NCBI GenBank assembly: GCA_051546255.1
Contig: CP128819.1
Coordinates: 1,054,001 to 1,118,000, forward strand
Length of the DNA stretch: 64,000 nt
Direction: 5' to 3'
From: Meyerozyma guilliermondii
Lineage: Eukaryota
Shown piece after piece: positions 20,523-31,918 of the stretch (positions within the stretch are counted from its first letter, which is position 1; every line of letters begins with the position of its first letter). Position numbers and translations under genes: made by a program. The notes under the pieces are model-generated. The model had not been told where the DNA came from. It saw nothing but the letters and a program-made list of their open reading frames with translations, and ran no database searches.

Positions 20523-22508
20523 ATGGGTCTTTTTGGCACATCCAAAGACGACGAGGAAAGACTCCGGGCAGCAGCACCGGCTCCTACAGACGATAGGAGG
20601 CTGTCTCTAGGAGGAAAGTCCACAGATTTGTCTGCTTACGAAACGGCAGATGAGGGCTCGGAGTTTGCCAACGACAACGAAATCGAAATCAAAAATTACA
20701 ACGAAGATGAAACCAACGATTACAAAGACCAAAACCATTCCCACGCCAGTCACTCGGACTCAACCATCCATAATCCCATTCATGCCAAGCTGTCGCTGAG
20801 CTCATTTTCTCATCCCGAACCGTTTGATGGAACCATAAAAAATGGGAATGAAATTGACGATGAAATTGCTGAGGACCAATTGAACAGACAACAAACTCTC
20901 GAACGGATCTCGTCGCGTAAATCTGCCGAGGAAGTGGCTCGTGAAGAACAAATGGCTGAAGAAGGGATTGAGCCTTCCAGCTTGGACTGGGAAGGTCCAG
21001 AAGACCCATTGAACCCAATGAACTGGCCCACGTGGAAAAAATGGTATGTCACGTATACGGTAGCCCTTATTTGCTTGTGTGTGTCATTAGGAAGTTCCTT
21101 GTACGTTTGTGGAGTTCCAGAGATTTCCATCAAGTATAATGTATCGCAAGAATTGGCGGTTTCTGGCTTGACTTTCTACTTGATAGGTTTAGCCATTGGG
21201 CCTGCCGTGGCGGCTCCGTTGTCGGAGGTGCTTGGACGTCGCTGGATTTATTTGTTGTCACTTCCTCCTTCCATCTTGTTCACTATGGGAGTGGGACTTT
21301 CGCAGAACATTCGCTCGATTCTCGTGCTTCGATTTTTTTCCGGTTTATTGGCATCGCCCGCCATGGCAGTGGCTGGTGGCTCCATCTCCGACATATGGGC
21401 CAAGGACCCGTACGATATGTCGTTTGCAATGAGTCTTTTCTGCTTGGCTCCTTTCATGGGTCCTGTACTTGGTCCCATTGTAGGAGGTTTTGCGGCCGAA
21501 TATAAAAACTGGAGATGGACCATGTGGGTGTTGATGATGTTTTGCGGTGCTATTTTGCTCCCTGTGGTCTTGATGCCTGAGACTTATAAGCCATCATTGT
21601 TGTCTGCTAGAGCGAAAAAGAGAGGAATCCACTTAAATGAACCAAAGATGAATGCGAAAAGAATAAGAGCCATTTTGGCTTATGCTTTCTTAAAACCCAT
21701 CCAGATGCTTTTCGAGGAGCCTATTGTGTTGGTGTTGTCGATATACATTTCATTTATCTTTGCTGTTTTGTTTGGATTTTTTGAAGCTTTCCCCATCATT
21801 TTCAGAGGTGTCTACCATATGGACACAGGAATATCTGGATTGCCATTTATTGGTGTTGGACTCGGATTGACACTCGGGGTTGTTTTCTACATGATCTTGG
21901 ACAACTACAAGTACTTTCCTAAAAACGCCGATGGAAGTCGTGGAAAAAGGGACGAAAATGGACAGTTTGTATGGGATCCTCCAGAGTCAAAACTTTTGCC
22001 TGGAAAAGTTGGTGCGGTTGCTTTGCCCATAGGATTGTTCTGGTTAGCGTGGACAGCAAGACCATCGGTTCACTGGATGGCTCCTACAGCTGCTGGAGTT
22101 CCTTTTGGATTTGGTTTGGTGTTGGTGTTCATGACGGTATTATTCTACTTTTCCATGGCGTTTCCACCTGCCAGTGTTGCCTCGGCATTTGCAGCCAATA
22201 ATCTTATGCGATACATCATGGCATCGGTGTTCCCTCTCTTTACGGTTCAGATGTATGAAAGGTTGCACATTGACTGGGCCACCACTCTCTTTGCATTCAT
22301 AGCTTTGGCTATGGTTCCAGTGCTTTTTATCTTTGAGCGTTATGGACCCAGGATGAGAGCAAAGTCAAAGTATGGTTACGCTGCGTACTTTAAGAAGATT
22401 GCACTTGCCAAGCAGAAAGCTGAGGCCGATGCTGCTGCTGCTGGAAAGGCCGAGGGTTCGGAAACCAGCAAAGAGAAGACGGAGGGAGTTCTCGCTAATG
22501 ATGCATGA
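20523..22508 (+). CDS. TPO4: DHA1-family MFS transporter, TPO4-like (copy 2, tandem paralog)
   Basis: Same motifs; co-linear with copy 1 down to the C-terminal G.LAND. Confidence 0.85.
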   Translation: MGLFGTSKDDEERLRAAAPAPTDDRRLSLGGKSTDLSAYETADEGSEFANDNEIEIKNYNEDETNDYKDQNHSHASHSDSTIHNPIHAKLSLSSFSHPEPFDGTIKNGNEIDDEIAEDQLNRQQTLERISSRKSAEEVAREEQMAEEGIEPSSLDWEGPEDPLNPMNWPTWKKWYVTYTVALICLCVSLGSSLYVCGVPEISIKYNVSQELAVSGLTFYLIGLAIGPAVAAPLSEVLGRRWIYLLSLPPSILFTMGVGLSQNIRSILVLRFFSGLLASPAMAVAGGSISDIWAKDPYDMSFAMSLFCLAPFMGPVLGPIVGGFAAEYKNWRWTMWVLMMFCGAILLPVVLMPETYKPSLLSARAKKRGIHLNEPKMNAKRIRAILAYAFLKPIQMLFEEPIVLVLSIYISFIFAVLFGFFEAFPIIFRGVYHMDTGISGLPFIGVGLGLTLGVVFYMILDNYKYFPKNADGSRGKRDENGQFVWDPPESKLLPGKVGAVALPIGLFWLAWTARPSVHWMAPTAAGVPFGFGLVLVFMTVLFYFSMAFPPASVASAFAANNLMRYIMASVFPLFTVQMYERLHIDWATTLFAFIALAMVPVLFIFERYGPRMRAKSKYGYAAYFKKIALAKQKAEADAAAAGKAEGSETSKEKTEGVLANDA

Positions 22509-22889
22509 TTATAGACGGAGAGGACTAATACTAATAAGAATATGAGGAGTGAAGAAGAAAAAATGTAGAAAAAGTAATTCGAATGGAAGTGAAAAAATGT
22601 GAAAATTGTAAATTTGATCAGAATGAGTCAAGTGAGAAAAAAATGATAAACGAAAAAAAATGAAAATTAAAAACTGAAATAAAAACTGAAAAGCCAATAT
22701 GAAAACTTACTGAATAGTAATTGACCGATTCCGCTCCTGACTATTCCGCTCTCATCTTGTCTCCACCTCTTCTTCGCGCGGCTACTTCCTATTTCGGCTG
22801 CGGCAACTAGGAGCGAGTGCGATTATAAGTAGCAGCCAAATCCAACCACATAAAGTTCACTTTTATTTTCACAAAACTCCCACTTCTTC

Positions 22890-23750
22890 ATGACTCCCAC
22901 ATTGCTCACTGACACCACTTCCAAGGGATATGATACTGGTTCCCAGGGAAGCCATAATATAGCAAAAGGTTTACCCCATCCTCACCCAATACCCCAGTTT
23001 ACAGATATGATGGAAAAACGGAAATGGATGCTTGAACATATGGCTTGTGCGTTTCGTGTGTTTGGTCGAAAGGGGTACCTGGTGGGATCTGCTGGTCACA
23101 TCTCTGTGAAGGATCCCGTGACCCCTGGAACATTTTGGATCAACCCTTTAAACAAGCATTTTTCGCTTATCAAAGCGAGCGACATGGTTCACGTTGATGA
23201 CAATTGCAACATATTGCCCGACGGAAACCAGGCCGCTGTCAATGCTGCTGGCTTCTCCATCCACGTGGCCATCCATAAGGCCCGTCCAGACATAGCGGCA
23301 GCTTGCCATACCCATCTGACATACGGCAAGACGTTTCTGACCTTTGGTCGAGAATTGGAAATGATCAACCAGGACGTTTGTATTTTTTACAAGCGCCAGG
23401 TTGTGTTCTCGAACTTTGGAGGAGTGGCGCTCGATGAGCGTGAAGGCGAGGAGATTGCTGAGGCTTTGGGAGCCAATGGAATTGCTGCAATTTTGCAAAA
23501 TCATGGACTCTTGACCACCGGTTCCACCGTTGACGAGGCCGCTTTTTTGTTCACTTTGTTGGAGGACTCGTGCCATGCCCAGCTCTTGGCTGATGCTGCT
23601 GCTGCCTCGGGTATCAAAAAGCAAATTATCTCGGATGAAGTTGCCGATTACACTTGCAAAATGACAGGCGACCCAGAATCGTTATACGCCGAGTTCCAGC
23701 CTGATTTCGAGTTGGAGGTTGAATTGACGAACGGGGCTTTTTTGAAGTAG
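22890..23750 (+). CDS. Class II aldolase/adducin family protein
   Basis: GHISVKDP...FWINP, GFSIH.AIH.ARPD..AACHTH(S) and ILQNHGLLT.G.TVDEAA metal-binding motifs. Confidence 0.9.
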   Translation: MTPTLLTDTTSKGYDTGSQGSHNIAKGLPHPHPIPQFTDMMEKRKWMLEHMACAFRVFGRKGYLVGSAGHISVKDPVTPGTFWINPLNKHFSLIKASDMVHVDDNCNILPDGNQAAVNAAGFSIHVAIHKARPDIAAACHTHLTYGKTFLTFGRELEMINQDVCIFYKRQVVFSNFGGVALDEREGEEIAEALGANGIAAILQNHGLLTTGSTVDEAAFLFTLLEDSCHAQLLADAAAASGIKKQIISDEVADYTCKMTGDPESLYAEFQPDFELEVELTNGAFLK

Positions 23751-23910
23751 TGACCCCTACCCAAAGTAATTAAAACTCTTGATGAAGCTTGCTGAATTGA
23801 GTAATGAAGATCTTGTTGAAGATCTTGTTGTATCCATGCAACGAGCTCCTGTTGTGGCTGAAATGAAGCTCTTGTCTACTCGAGTCTGTTTTAGTAAATA
23901 TAATGCTATG

Positions 23911-25365
23911 CTATGTGTCCTTGTGTGACTTTCTAATGCCTTTTGCCCACGCCTTGACTTCTTTATCAAAAGTTCCTTCAGCTACTCCTCGCAAAAATAA
24001 ATCTTGCTCGAGCAATTCCCAAGGAAGCTTGCGTTTTGCCTCGTCCTTCACCAAACACGAATCGATAAACCGAACAAGATCCGGGTCGTACGGTGCCCCA
24101 GTTTTGGGATCCACCTTGTTCCTGATAGTTGGAGGTGTTTCGTTGACAATTCTTTGCAAAAGATCCAAAATGCCTTCTGGGCCCAGCACCGAGTCGTCAT
24201 CGTCAATCCACACTGGACGTCCAGAAGCCAACTCTAACAACATAAGACCCATCAGCCACACATCAGACTTGATTCCGTAGTTCATACCTTGGATCCGCTC
24301 GGGAGACATATAAGTTGAGGTACCGACAAAAGTATCGGCTACCGCTAAAGAATTGGTTAATTCTCTCAGCACTCCAAAATCACACAACTTGAACTCACCT
24401 TTGTGAGTCATCAACACATTGCTTGGTTTGATATCACGGTGAAGAATCTTGTGGGTGGTGTAAAGGTAGGTGAGTCCAGATAAAATTGCAAATGCAAGTT
24501 TCTTGACCACTGGAAGAGGAAATTGTCTACAGATATTGGCGATCTTGTCCAAAGAGCCACAGTTGCAATATTCCATGCAGATGACAATGGTGTTGTTGGT
24601 GTCGATGAAGGCGCCATAGAAGTCGATAATGAAGGGAGAACGGCACTCGTGCATGATTTTGAGTTCACGGATGATTTGTGTCTGGATCACCAGTTTCAGC
24701 TCAATATGAATGATTTTCTTAGCCATGGTCTTCTGGGTGGGAATATGCAAGATCTTGGACACTGTGCCCGAGTTTCCGCTACCGAGAGACCGGAGAGTGA
24801 GGAGATCGTCGTTGTTGAGCTTGATGGAGGAGGTGGTAGCCATGGGCGACGACGATGCAAAACTGAGCACCTGCGGTTCTCGTGGCGACGACGTGGCGGA
24901 TTTGGTGGGCGAGATCGACGAAATCACCGTTTGTCTCTTTTTGGGAACGCTGGTATGCAGATTGGAGGTGCGGTGACTGTTGAGTTTGATGCCTGAAAAA
25001 TGGTTCATGAGGTCGTTATCCACTGTATTGTCATCCGGGTTTACTGGTTTGTCGAGATTGAGAAGCGGAGCAGGACGGATACGATCTCGTTTGTCTCTGA
25101 GAGACGGGGGAATCGGTTTGAGTTCCGAATGTGCCAAGTTGAGATTCTCATTTTTAAGATTGTCATTTTTGAAATTGTTTTTGTTGTCTTGTTCCGGTTT
25201 GATGGCCCCAGGCTCTAGCGAGAGCTTTTTGAAGTTTTTCCGCTTCAATGTCTTGGCCTGGAGAATGTCTGGTGGAGACGACGGAACAGGGGCCGGAGGA
25301 AGCGTTTTGTCTCGTGAACTGACGGATGACGAAGACGCGTTATTAAGGCTCATAAGTGGTACCAT
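23911..25365 (-). CDS. HST7: MAP kinase kinase Ste7/Hst7
   Basis: LGSGNSGTV, MAKK, HRDIKPSN, DFGV(S)RELTNSLA..TFVGTSTYMSPERIQG; N-terminal docking motif LKRKNFKKLSL. Confidence 0.9.
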   Translation of the reverse strand: MVPLMSLNNASSSSVSSRDKTLPPAPVPSSPPDILQAKTLKRKNFKKLSLEPGAIKPEQDNKNNFKNDNLKNENLNLAHSELKPIPPSLRDKRDRIRPAPLLNLDKPVNPDDNTVDNDLMNHFSGIKLNSHRTSNLHTSVPKKRQTVISSISPTKSATSSPREPQVLSFASSSPMATTSSIKLNNDDLLTLRSLGSGNSGTVSKILHIPTQKTMAKKIIHIELKLVIQTQIIRELKIMHECRSPFIIDFYGAFIDTNNTIVICMEYCNCGSLDKIANICRQFPLPVVKKLAFAILSGLTYLYTTHKILHRDIKPSNVLMTHKGEFKLCDFGVLRELTNSLAVADTFVGTSTYMSPERIQGMNYGIKSDVWLMGLMLLELASGRPVWIDDDDSVLGPEGILDLLQRIVNETPPTIRNKVDPKTGAPYDPDLVRFIDSCLVKDEAKRKLPWELLEQDLFLRGVAEGTFDKEVKAWAKGIRKSHKDT

Positions 25366-25847
25366 CGTGTAGAGGAAGGTGGATAAGGTTGAAATCGTCT
25401 ACCACACACGAATTGTGGACCGTGGAACCAGAGAAAGGAGTGGACTGTGAGAACAATATCGAGTGTTGAGATGTGGGGAGGTGCGGACCTGCATGCGGAC
25501 GGGGCTGGGCTAGATGGAGAGAAGTAGAGAAGAAAAGAAAAAATGGAGAGGATAGAAGAAAAGAAGAATTGAAATTGAGTTAGTTTTTACTAGATCAGCT
25601 TGAAGATTGTCAATTTATACCTAAGTTTACCGTATCTATAAATTCACAAGGTTCTTCCTCTTGTTCAACTGCTTCAATAAATACATGTGTCAATGGTAGT
25701 CGAGCCTTCTTCAGTATATCTGCTTCAGTATAACTTCTTCAGTATAACTTCTTCAGTATAATTTCTTCAGTATAGCTTCATCAGTATATCTTTTTCAGCT
25801 TCCCACCTCTCAGCTTCTATTATCAAGCTCTATACTCCTACTGTACA

Positions 25848-27278
25848 TCACTGCGGTGCTTGCCGAACCATGTTAAAGTCCAGAACCCGGCCCAGATAAG
25901 ACAGGCGCCATTCGTTGGTTTGTGGATATTGCCCATGGGTTACAGGCTGTGGTTGTGGAGGCATGTGCACCATTGGGTATTGTTGTTGCTGGTATCCAAA
26001 TCCATTCATTGGCATCATCATAATAGTATCATTGAGAGCCGATGGAGGAGGACTGACGGAATTTTGGTGTTGACGACGCTTGCGCAGTCTGCAATTGACA
26101 CAAACCTTATGCTTGCCTACATCTTCCTGATCCAAAGGTTTGGCGCACCGATTGCAATTGCCCAATTTTTCAAGGTTGCTTCGACGAATTTTGTCGTTTT
26201 CTCGACACCGTTCGCACACCTTGAATTTGGGCTTATTATTGCCATTAGTTTCCGATGTGATGATGGAAGATGAAAGCGGACCCGAGCAGTGCACGCACCG
26301 GCCCAGGGCTGCCCTATTAGCTTTTCTCGACCGAAGACTTTGTCTACAAGTGGGACAAAGTACATACTTTTGTTGGTCGCGAGGAATCTCATTGGCACAA
26401 CGACGACAGGCTCCTGACTTGTCTCTGGTTTTTTTCTGCCACCGTCTCAGTCTTTGGCGCTGGAGGTCTCTGCAATGCTGACACAATCTGAAAAGCTTGG
26501 GTTCAGCCAATGCTTTGGAGTTTCTGCCCCCAGAAGGTGCCTGGGGAATGATTACCGGTTGAAAAAACTCCTTTTTGCACCGCGAACAAAGCAGCTGGAG
26601 CATCTGCTCACCATTATGGTCCTTTGGTTGAGAATCTTCTTCTGGCAGCTGGTTAACGATTTGAGCCAGCTGGTTGACGATTTGCTGCTGAACATGAAGA
26701 GGCGGTATTCTGGAAAGAAGTCCTTTCTCGCCTTCATCTTTGACGTCGGGGTCTTCCTGAAGCTGAGATTGGGACTGAGATTGATGAGAATGAGGTTGCT
26801 GTGCTTGCTGAGATTGTGCTTGAACTTGAGCTTGAGCTTGTGCTTGAGCTTGAGCTTGTGCTTGCTGGAGTTGGTGCTGCTGAACTTGCTGTTGAACTTG
26901 CTGGACCTGGGCAGCCGCATGTTGCTGCTGCATCTGAGTCGAAGACAGTAATGGTTGCACTTGTCCAACCTGTCCAAACTGTCCCACTTGACCCATAATC
27001 GCCTGTTGCGGCACAACCATTCCATCGCTCAGAAATCCAATCGGATACCTTAAATCTGATTGGAGTAGGTGTTGCGAGCCCATTGTGGGTATATCGAAAG
27101 CATGCATTTGTTTGGAACCCAAAGTCAGCATCATGGGAGCCATAGGTACGTTGGAGCTCATTGGGAACGTGGTGGGAACAGCCTTGGAGGGCATCATCAC
27201 ACGGTTAGGAACGGGGAGATGCGGAGAGGTCGGGTGGAGCTGATCCACAGGCTCGACACCAAGAAACTGGTGATCCAT
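25848..27278 (-). CDS. WOR3: Q-rich transcription regulator with eight CxxC motifs, Wor3-like
   Basis: CSRC, CQHC, CRRC, CPTC, CVHC, CERC, CNRC, CVNC with basic linkers; this is the architecture of the CTG-clade Wor3 family. Confidence 0.7.
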   Translation of the reverse strand: MDHQFLGVEPVDQLHPTSPHLPVPNRVMMPSKAVPTTFPMSSNVPMAPMMLTLGSKQMHAFDIPTMGSQHLLQSDLRYPIGFLSDGMVVPQQAIMGQVGQFGQVGQVQPLLSSTQMQQQHAAAQVQQVQQQVQQHQLQQAQAQAQAQAQAQVQAQSQQAQQPHSHQSQSQSQLQEDPDVKDEGEKGLLSRIPPLHVQQQIVNQLAQIVNQLPEEDSQPKDHNGEQMLQLLCSRCKKEFFQPVIIPQAPSGGRNSKALAEPKLFRLCQHCRDLQRQRLRRWQKKTRDKSGACRRCANEIPRDQQKYVLCPTCRQSLRSRKANRAALGRCVHCSGPLSSSIITSETNGNNKPKFKVCERCRENDKIRRSNLEKLGNCNRCAKPLDQEDVGKHKVCVNCRLRKRRQHQNSVSPPPSALNDTIMMMPMNGFGYQQQQYPMVHMPPQPQPVTHGQYPQTNEWRLSYLGRVLDFNMVRQAPQ

Positions 27279-27984
27279 ATAGGCTATATTTATGTCAAGA
27301 TGTGTGTAAGTGTCGTAGCAAACTTCTTGTAGAAAACTGAAAAGCTGTCAAAAAGCCCTGGTTTCGCCGGTTCACTAATGTTTATTTTAAAGCCTCCGGT
27401 TATGAACAGTGACTGATTTTTTGAGGCGATCGCGGTTTTTTTATATAAGTGGGTGTCTATATGCAGGGAGCAACACTGGACCATGACCAGTAGCAATGAC
27501 ACAAACAAGGTTTAGATTTCGCCAGTGGAGATATGGTAGTGTATGAAATTAATTTATAGTTGAACCACCAAAAGATTTTTTGTTTGAAAAGTTTCGGACG
27601 ACAGAAAGTGCCCCGCCGTGTTCCCCCACGGAAGAAACGTCACAAACGTCAAATCTGCACTGCCCCTGAACGGGGCTTCCACTGTGCATAGAAATATCCT
27701 GCAGATAGACCAATTTTTTCGCGCGGGTGCGGCTACCATGCATGAAGATCCACCACTCAGCCTCGTGGTATTGTTATAAGCGTGGTTTATTTTGCCCAAT
27801 TGAGACGTGTGTGTAAGTTGAGGTACCCCTGGCATGAATCTGGAAACGCGGCTGCGCTAAGACCGCGGTTGGGTGAAAATATTTTTGAACACCCACTGCG
27901 CTCCCCTGCGTTGACAGGATCAGGGCAGCAATGCAATATGTGGGGACAGACTCGTTCGTTACGTAAGCGACATTTTATTCCTAT

Positions 27985-29205
27985 CTATGTAGTATTCAGT
28001 TCCTTTTTATAGTTCTGGGTACGTTCTCTGATCCGTGGCTTCTTCTTCTTTCCCGGCTTATCGCCCTTGCGTGCTCTCTGGCCCTCAATGATCGGTTTAA
28101 CCTGGCCGATGGTGGCCCTGTCGGCGCGGCCTAAAACGGCCTTCGCTCGGCCGAGCTTTGATTTCTGTGCTTCTGAAAGCTGCTGCTTGGGCGTCCGGGC
28201 CTTCTTGACGTTATCTATATGGTTAGGAGAAAGCACCGATGGCTTGGCGTGAGCATTGGCTCGGGAAATTCGCAACTTTCTTTTGGACTCTTTGGACATG
28301 GGTTTATCGTTGAGTAAAATGCACTTGTTGACGGAAAGCGAGTCCTTGAACTGGACGAGCGCAAAGCCCTTGCCCAAATTGGTCTTGGAGTCTCTTACAA
28401 CTCGAACCGACTCGACATCGTTATCTGTGTGCAGGTTGAAGTATCTCCATAATTCTTCTTCCAGGGCTTCAAAGTCGAGATTTCCTACAAAAATGGTTCT
28501 TTTGTTGTCTTTGGCGACCGGGTGTGCCACATGGTCCACTCGGAGATGATGGTGGTCGAATTCTCTGGCGTTCAACCTTGAAACGGCATTGCGTGAAGGA
28601 GTCTTTTCTTTGTAAACAACGTATGCATTGACACTGTCGCGAGCACCGTGTAACTTTTTCTGAGCAAAAGCGGCTTTTCGGGGAAGAGCCTCACCAAATG
28701 CTATGGAACGAAACCGCACAGACTCCACTGGACCCACCTCTGAAAAGAGTTTTTTGAACTGCTTCTGTGTGGATTTCGACGTGACGACGGTCGCTGGAAC
28801 ATTACCTACGAAAACCGTACGCTCAGCTTTATCGAATTCGTCTTCTTTGAGATCCACTTTGGTAGCGGTTGCAACTTTGGGTGTACGGGTGCGGTCCTTT
28901 TTCTCATCGGTGTTTTTAGGATGTGTATCCTTGTTTAGGGCCTGGAAGTACTTTCCCTCGATATCGTCGTCCTCTTCCAGCTTCCTGGGCCTCGAATCTT
29001 CTTCTGAGGCCAGATCTTCCGACTCGACTTCCGAAGGGTCGTTTTCATCGTTCGTTTCTGCGGTCGTTTTCGTGACTCGTTTTCGAGTTTCGACCTCTGT
29101 TCTGGCTCGAACTGGCCTCTCCACCTTCTGTGTTGTGTCCAGGAAGAGTTTGCTCAAGTCATTGTCGACCGGAGCGTCTCCAAAAAGCCCGCTGAACGAC
29201 GACAT
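27985..29205 (-). CDS. NOP12: Nucleolar RRM protein Nop12
   Basis: ERTVFVGNV...[19 protein letters not shown] and [11 protein letters not shown]...[23 protein letters not shown] at 29205. Confidence 0.9.
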   Translation of the reverse strand: MSSFSGLFGDAPVDNDLSKLFLDTTQKVERPVRARTEVETRKRVTKTTAETNDENDPSEVESEDLASEEDSRPRKLEEDDDIEGKYFQALNKDTHPKNTDEKKDRTRTPKVATATKVDLKEDEFDKAERTVFVGNVPATVVTSKSTQKQFKKLFSEVGPVESVRFRSIAFGEALPRKAAFAQKKLHGARDSVNAYVVYKEKTPSRNAVSRLNAREFDHHHLRVDHVAHPVAKDNKRTIFVGNLDFEALEEELWRYFNLHTDNDVESVRVVRDSKTNLGKGFALVQFKDSLSVNKCILLNDKPMSKESKRKLRISRANAHAKPSVLSPNHIDNVKKARTPKQQLSEAQKSKLGRAKAVLGRADRATIGQVKPIIEGQRARKGDKPGKKKKPRIRERTQNYKKELNTT

Positions 29206-29616
29206 AAAGATAAAAGCGATGCGATGCGCACCGAAAATTATCCTCGATGGCAGGTGCAGGATGAGAGCATCCTGCACACATACCGGGAATACCCCGAAGA
29301 GTTTGAGAATCATCAGCAATTACAGCACTTTATTTGGGCTCTTTAAAACGAGAACAACGTACATTTCCAGGTGACATTTCTAGGTGCTTGAACCCAAAGT
29401 AAGGAAAAGATTAGGTTTCAATATCCTATTTTCCTGCCGTCAACAAAAGTGACTTGACACTGAATTCGGTGAGTTTAGTTGAGTAAACCGAGTGACCAAA
29501 ACAAGAGAAACAGTCAACGACCAAGCTACTATCGACTATCGACTCGATTATCGATTCAATTATCGACTCAACTATCTACTATCAACATCTTTGAGCTCTA
29601 ATTCAAACTGTTTCTG

Positions 29617-31128
29617 ATGCCCAAAGAAGTCAACTCAGGGCAAGATGCCTCCAAAACAAAACACAATACTTCCAAAAATGAAACAAATGGTAGCACTGTG
29701 CCTGCCGGTGTACCAAATGGAAATGACGCTGGCGTCGGATCTGTGGCCGGAGTGCAAAATGCCACCGATGAAAGTTCGGAATTGAGCGATTTGGGTGACG
29801 ATTCCGAGGCTGAAACCGACCAGATGGACTTTTTGGAGGACGGCGATGACCTGAATAAGAAGCTGGATCTCCGGGCACTTTCGGATTTGACGCAATTGGC
29901 ACGGTTACAGGGAGTAGATTCCGACGAAGAAGACGTGAAAAAGTTGGAAGAGCCGCATCTGGGCGACGAGCAAGCGCTCTCGTTGAACCCCAAGGACAAC
30001 GAGGAAGCCAACCGTGAGATAATGAAGGATATAGATGCGATTCACGAGGAATTGGGACAACCGACCCCGCTGTTGCGTCCGGAAAGTAAGGTCGAAAGCC
30101 TGTCGGAAAGTACCGAAAGCCGGCCAGAGCCGGCCAAAAAGAGAAAGGTTTCCGACGAAGAACGCTCCAGAAAGAAGCAGAAGTCTGAGGTGGAGCCCGA
30201 TGTGAAGAATGAGGAAAGTGAGAATGTGGACGAGGAAACTGACCAAATCGACTCTAAGGTTAAGCCTGAAGATGAACCTTTGGATTCAGTTGTTCACGAA
30301 ACGGTTGAGGAAACCGCAGAGGAAGCGGAGGCGGAAGCGGAGGACGACGAGGGAGACGAAGAAGAAGCGGATGAAGCCGACGAGCCTGGGGCTCGAGCTG
30401 AAGAAGCTAATAGCGACGAAGAAGGAGCAGAAGATGAAGAAGAAGATGAAGAAGAAGACGCCGATATGAGTGAAAAACGCCAAGCTGCGGTTGCTGAGCT
30501 CATTGAAATCGAAAAAGCATTTGCGTCACTTCGAGACAAAATGTACCATGATAAACTCAATCTTTTAGAGCATGAACTCCAACTATGTGTTGAAGGTTCA
30601 CATCCCGAACTTTCCAAAATCTACTACAAGATCAACGCTTTCCACCAAGATGCCCTCCGCCAAGCAAACTCCAACCTTTCGTACCGTCTCAAATGCATCG
30701 ACCGAGAAACCGTCGCATGTCGAACCGCAGTTCACCAAAACTTTCTCAAGCAGGTTTACGACAGCAAAAGCGAAATGATCACCAACACAACCTCCATGTG
30801 GTACAAAATCAACCGCGAGCGCAACCAGTTGGACCAGCTAGTTCCAGATTACAGTTATAGTGCCAGTGGAGGTGCTTTTGTATCCAACGATGGAAATGAC
30901 GATGGTTCAACGGCACTTCCTCAAAGCGTGCTTTATGAGCTTGTGAGCCAGCGAAATGCCATAAATCACCAGTTGGGTATTCTTAATGGGTTGGTTGAAT
31001 TTTCTGGAATTCCAGCAGCAGTGGGGTCCAGTTTGGGTGATGAGCAACAGGTTCCTGAACTTTTGCTTCGGAAGGCCAGTGAGGAAGAAATTGCTGATGA
31101 TTTGCGAGCAATGGGTGTTATGTCGTAG
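29617..31128 (+). CDS. DEP1: Rpd3L complex subunit Dep1 (Sds3-like domain)
   Basis: SSELSDL...SEAET.QMDF motif, acidic region, then IE..FA.LRDK.Y..KL..LE.EL.LC.EGSHPEL...WYKINRER. Confidence 0.8.
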   Translation: MPKEVNSGQDASKTKHNTSKNETNGSTVPAGVPNGNDAGVGSVAGVQNATDESSELSDLGDDSEAETDQMDFLEDGDDLNKKLDLRALSDLTQLARLQGVDSDEEDVKKLEEPHLGDEQALSLNPKDNEEANREIMKDIDAIHEELGQPTPLLRPESKVESLSESTESRPEPAKKRKVSDEERSRKKQKSEVEPDVKNEESENVDEETDQIDSKVKPEDEPLDSVVHETVEETAEEAEAEAEDDEGDEEEADEADEPGARAEEANSDEEGAEDEEEDEEEDADMSEKRQAAVAELIEIEKAFASLRDKMYHDKLNLLEHELQLCVEGSHPELSKIYYKINAFHQDALRQANSNLSYRLKCIDRETVACRTAVHQNFLKQVYDSKSEMITNTTSMWYKINRERNQLDQLVPDYSYSASGGAFVSNDGNDDGSTALPQSVLYELVSQRNAINHQLGILNGLVEFSGIPAAVGSSLGDEQQVPELLLRKASEEEIADDLRAMGVMS

Positions 31129-31918
31129 ACTCTGGCCGTGAGGCCAGGGACTTGAGATTGACGACTCATTGAGTGAATTTTCAAAAGGTGAAGCTTTTTG
31201 GACTGGAGTATTTGAGGTTCGCTGAAGACATGTTGAAGGCTGAAGATTTCAAGACTTTAGGAATTTTAGACTCTTGACTTGTTGGTATCTTGCTGACGAT
31301 CCAATAACATAGCTTGATGAGGACTTGAGATTTGAGACTCGAGACTTGAGATTTAAGACTCTAACAATTTCACTATTGAGGACTTGTTGATATCCAATGA
31401 CTCGAAAAGAAGGTCAACGCACGAATACTTCTTGAAGAACAAAATCACACAAATTCAGAGTCTTTATGAACTTCAATGCCAAGACTGGTCTTGAGGCTGC
31501 TGGAAGCTAGTTGACTTCTTGAAGTATTGAACATCGAAAGCTTGCTAATTAAAGACTCGAAAATTGAACCTTGAAGAACCTGGTGTCGAAGCCCAACCCG
31601 AAGCTAACCTAAACACTCAAGACTGGGAACTCCTAAAACTCAAGTGAAATTGCTTCTAAATCTGGAGCCTTGAGATAATAGTGAAACCTCAATTGTCAGA
31701 GACATAAACTTAATGCGACCAACCTTAACCAAAAATTCAAAACCTGGAAATCTAGCTAATATCACTCTACGAAAGTATCTCTAGAACCTATTACATTTAC
31801 TAAATTAATCTTATCTCTTTCTGCTCTCTCTCACCCTCCACCCTACCTGCACCACCGCGCGCTTCGCACAAACGAACTGATCGTTTCTTTCTATTCAACA
31901 CCATATCCCAAACACATT

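Noticed and set aside
23911..25365. Apparently mutated kinase motifs (DFGVL, DVWL) suggesting a pseudokinase
   Set aside because: Explained by CTG=Ser.
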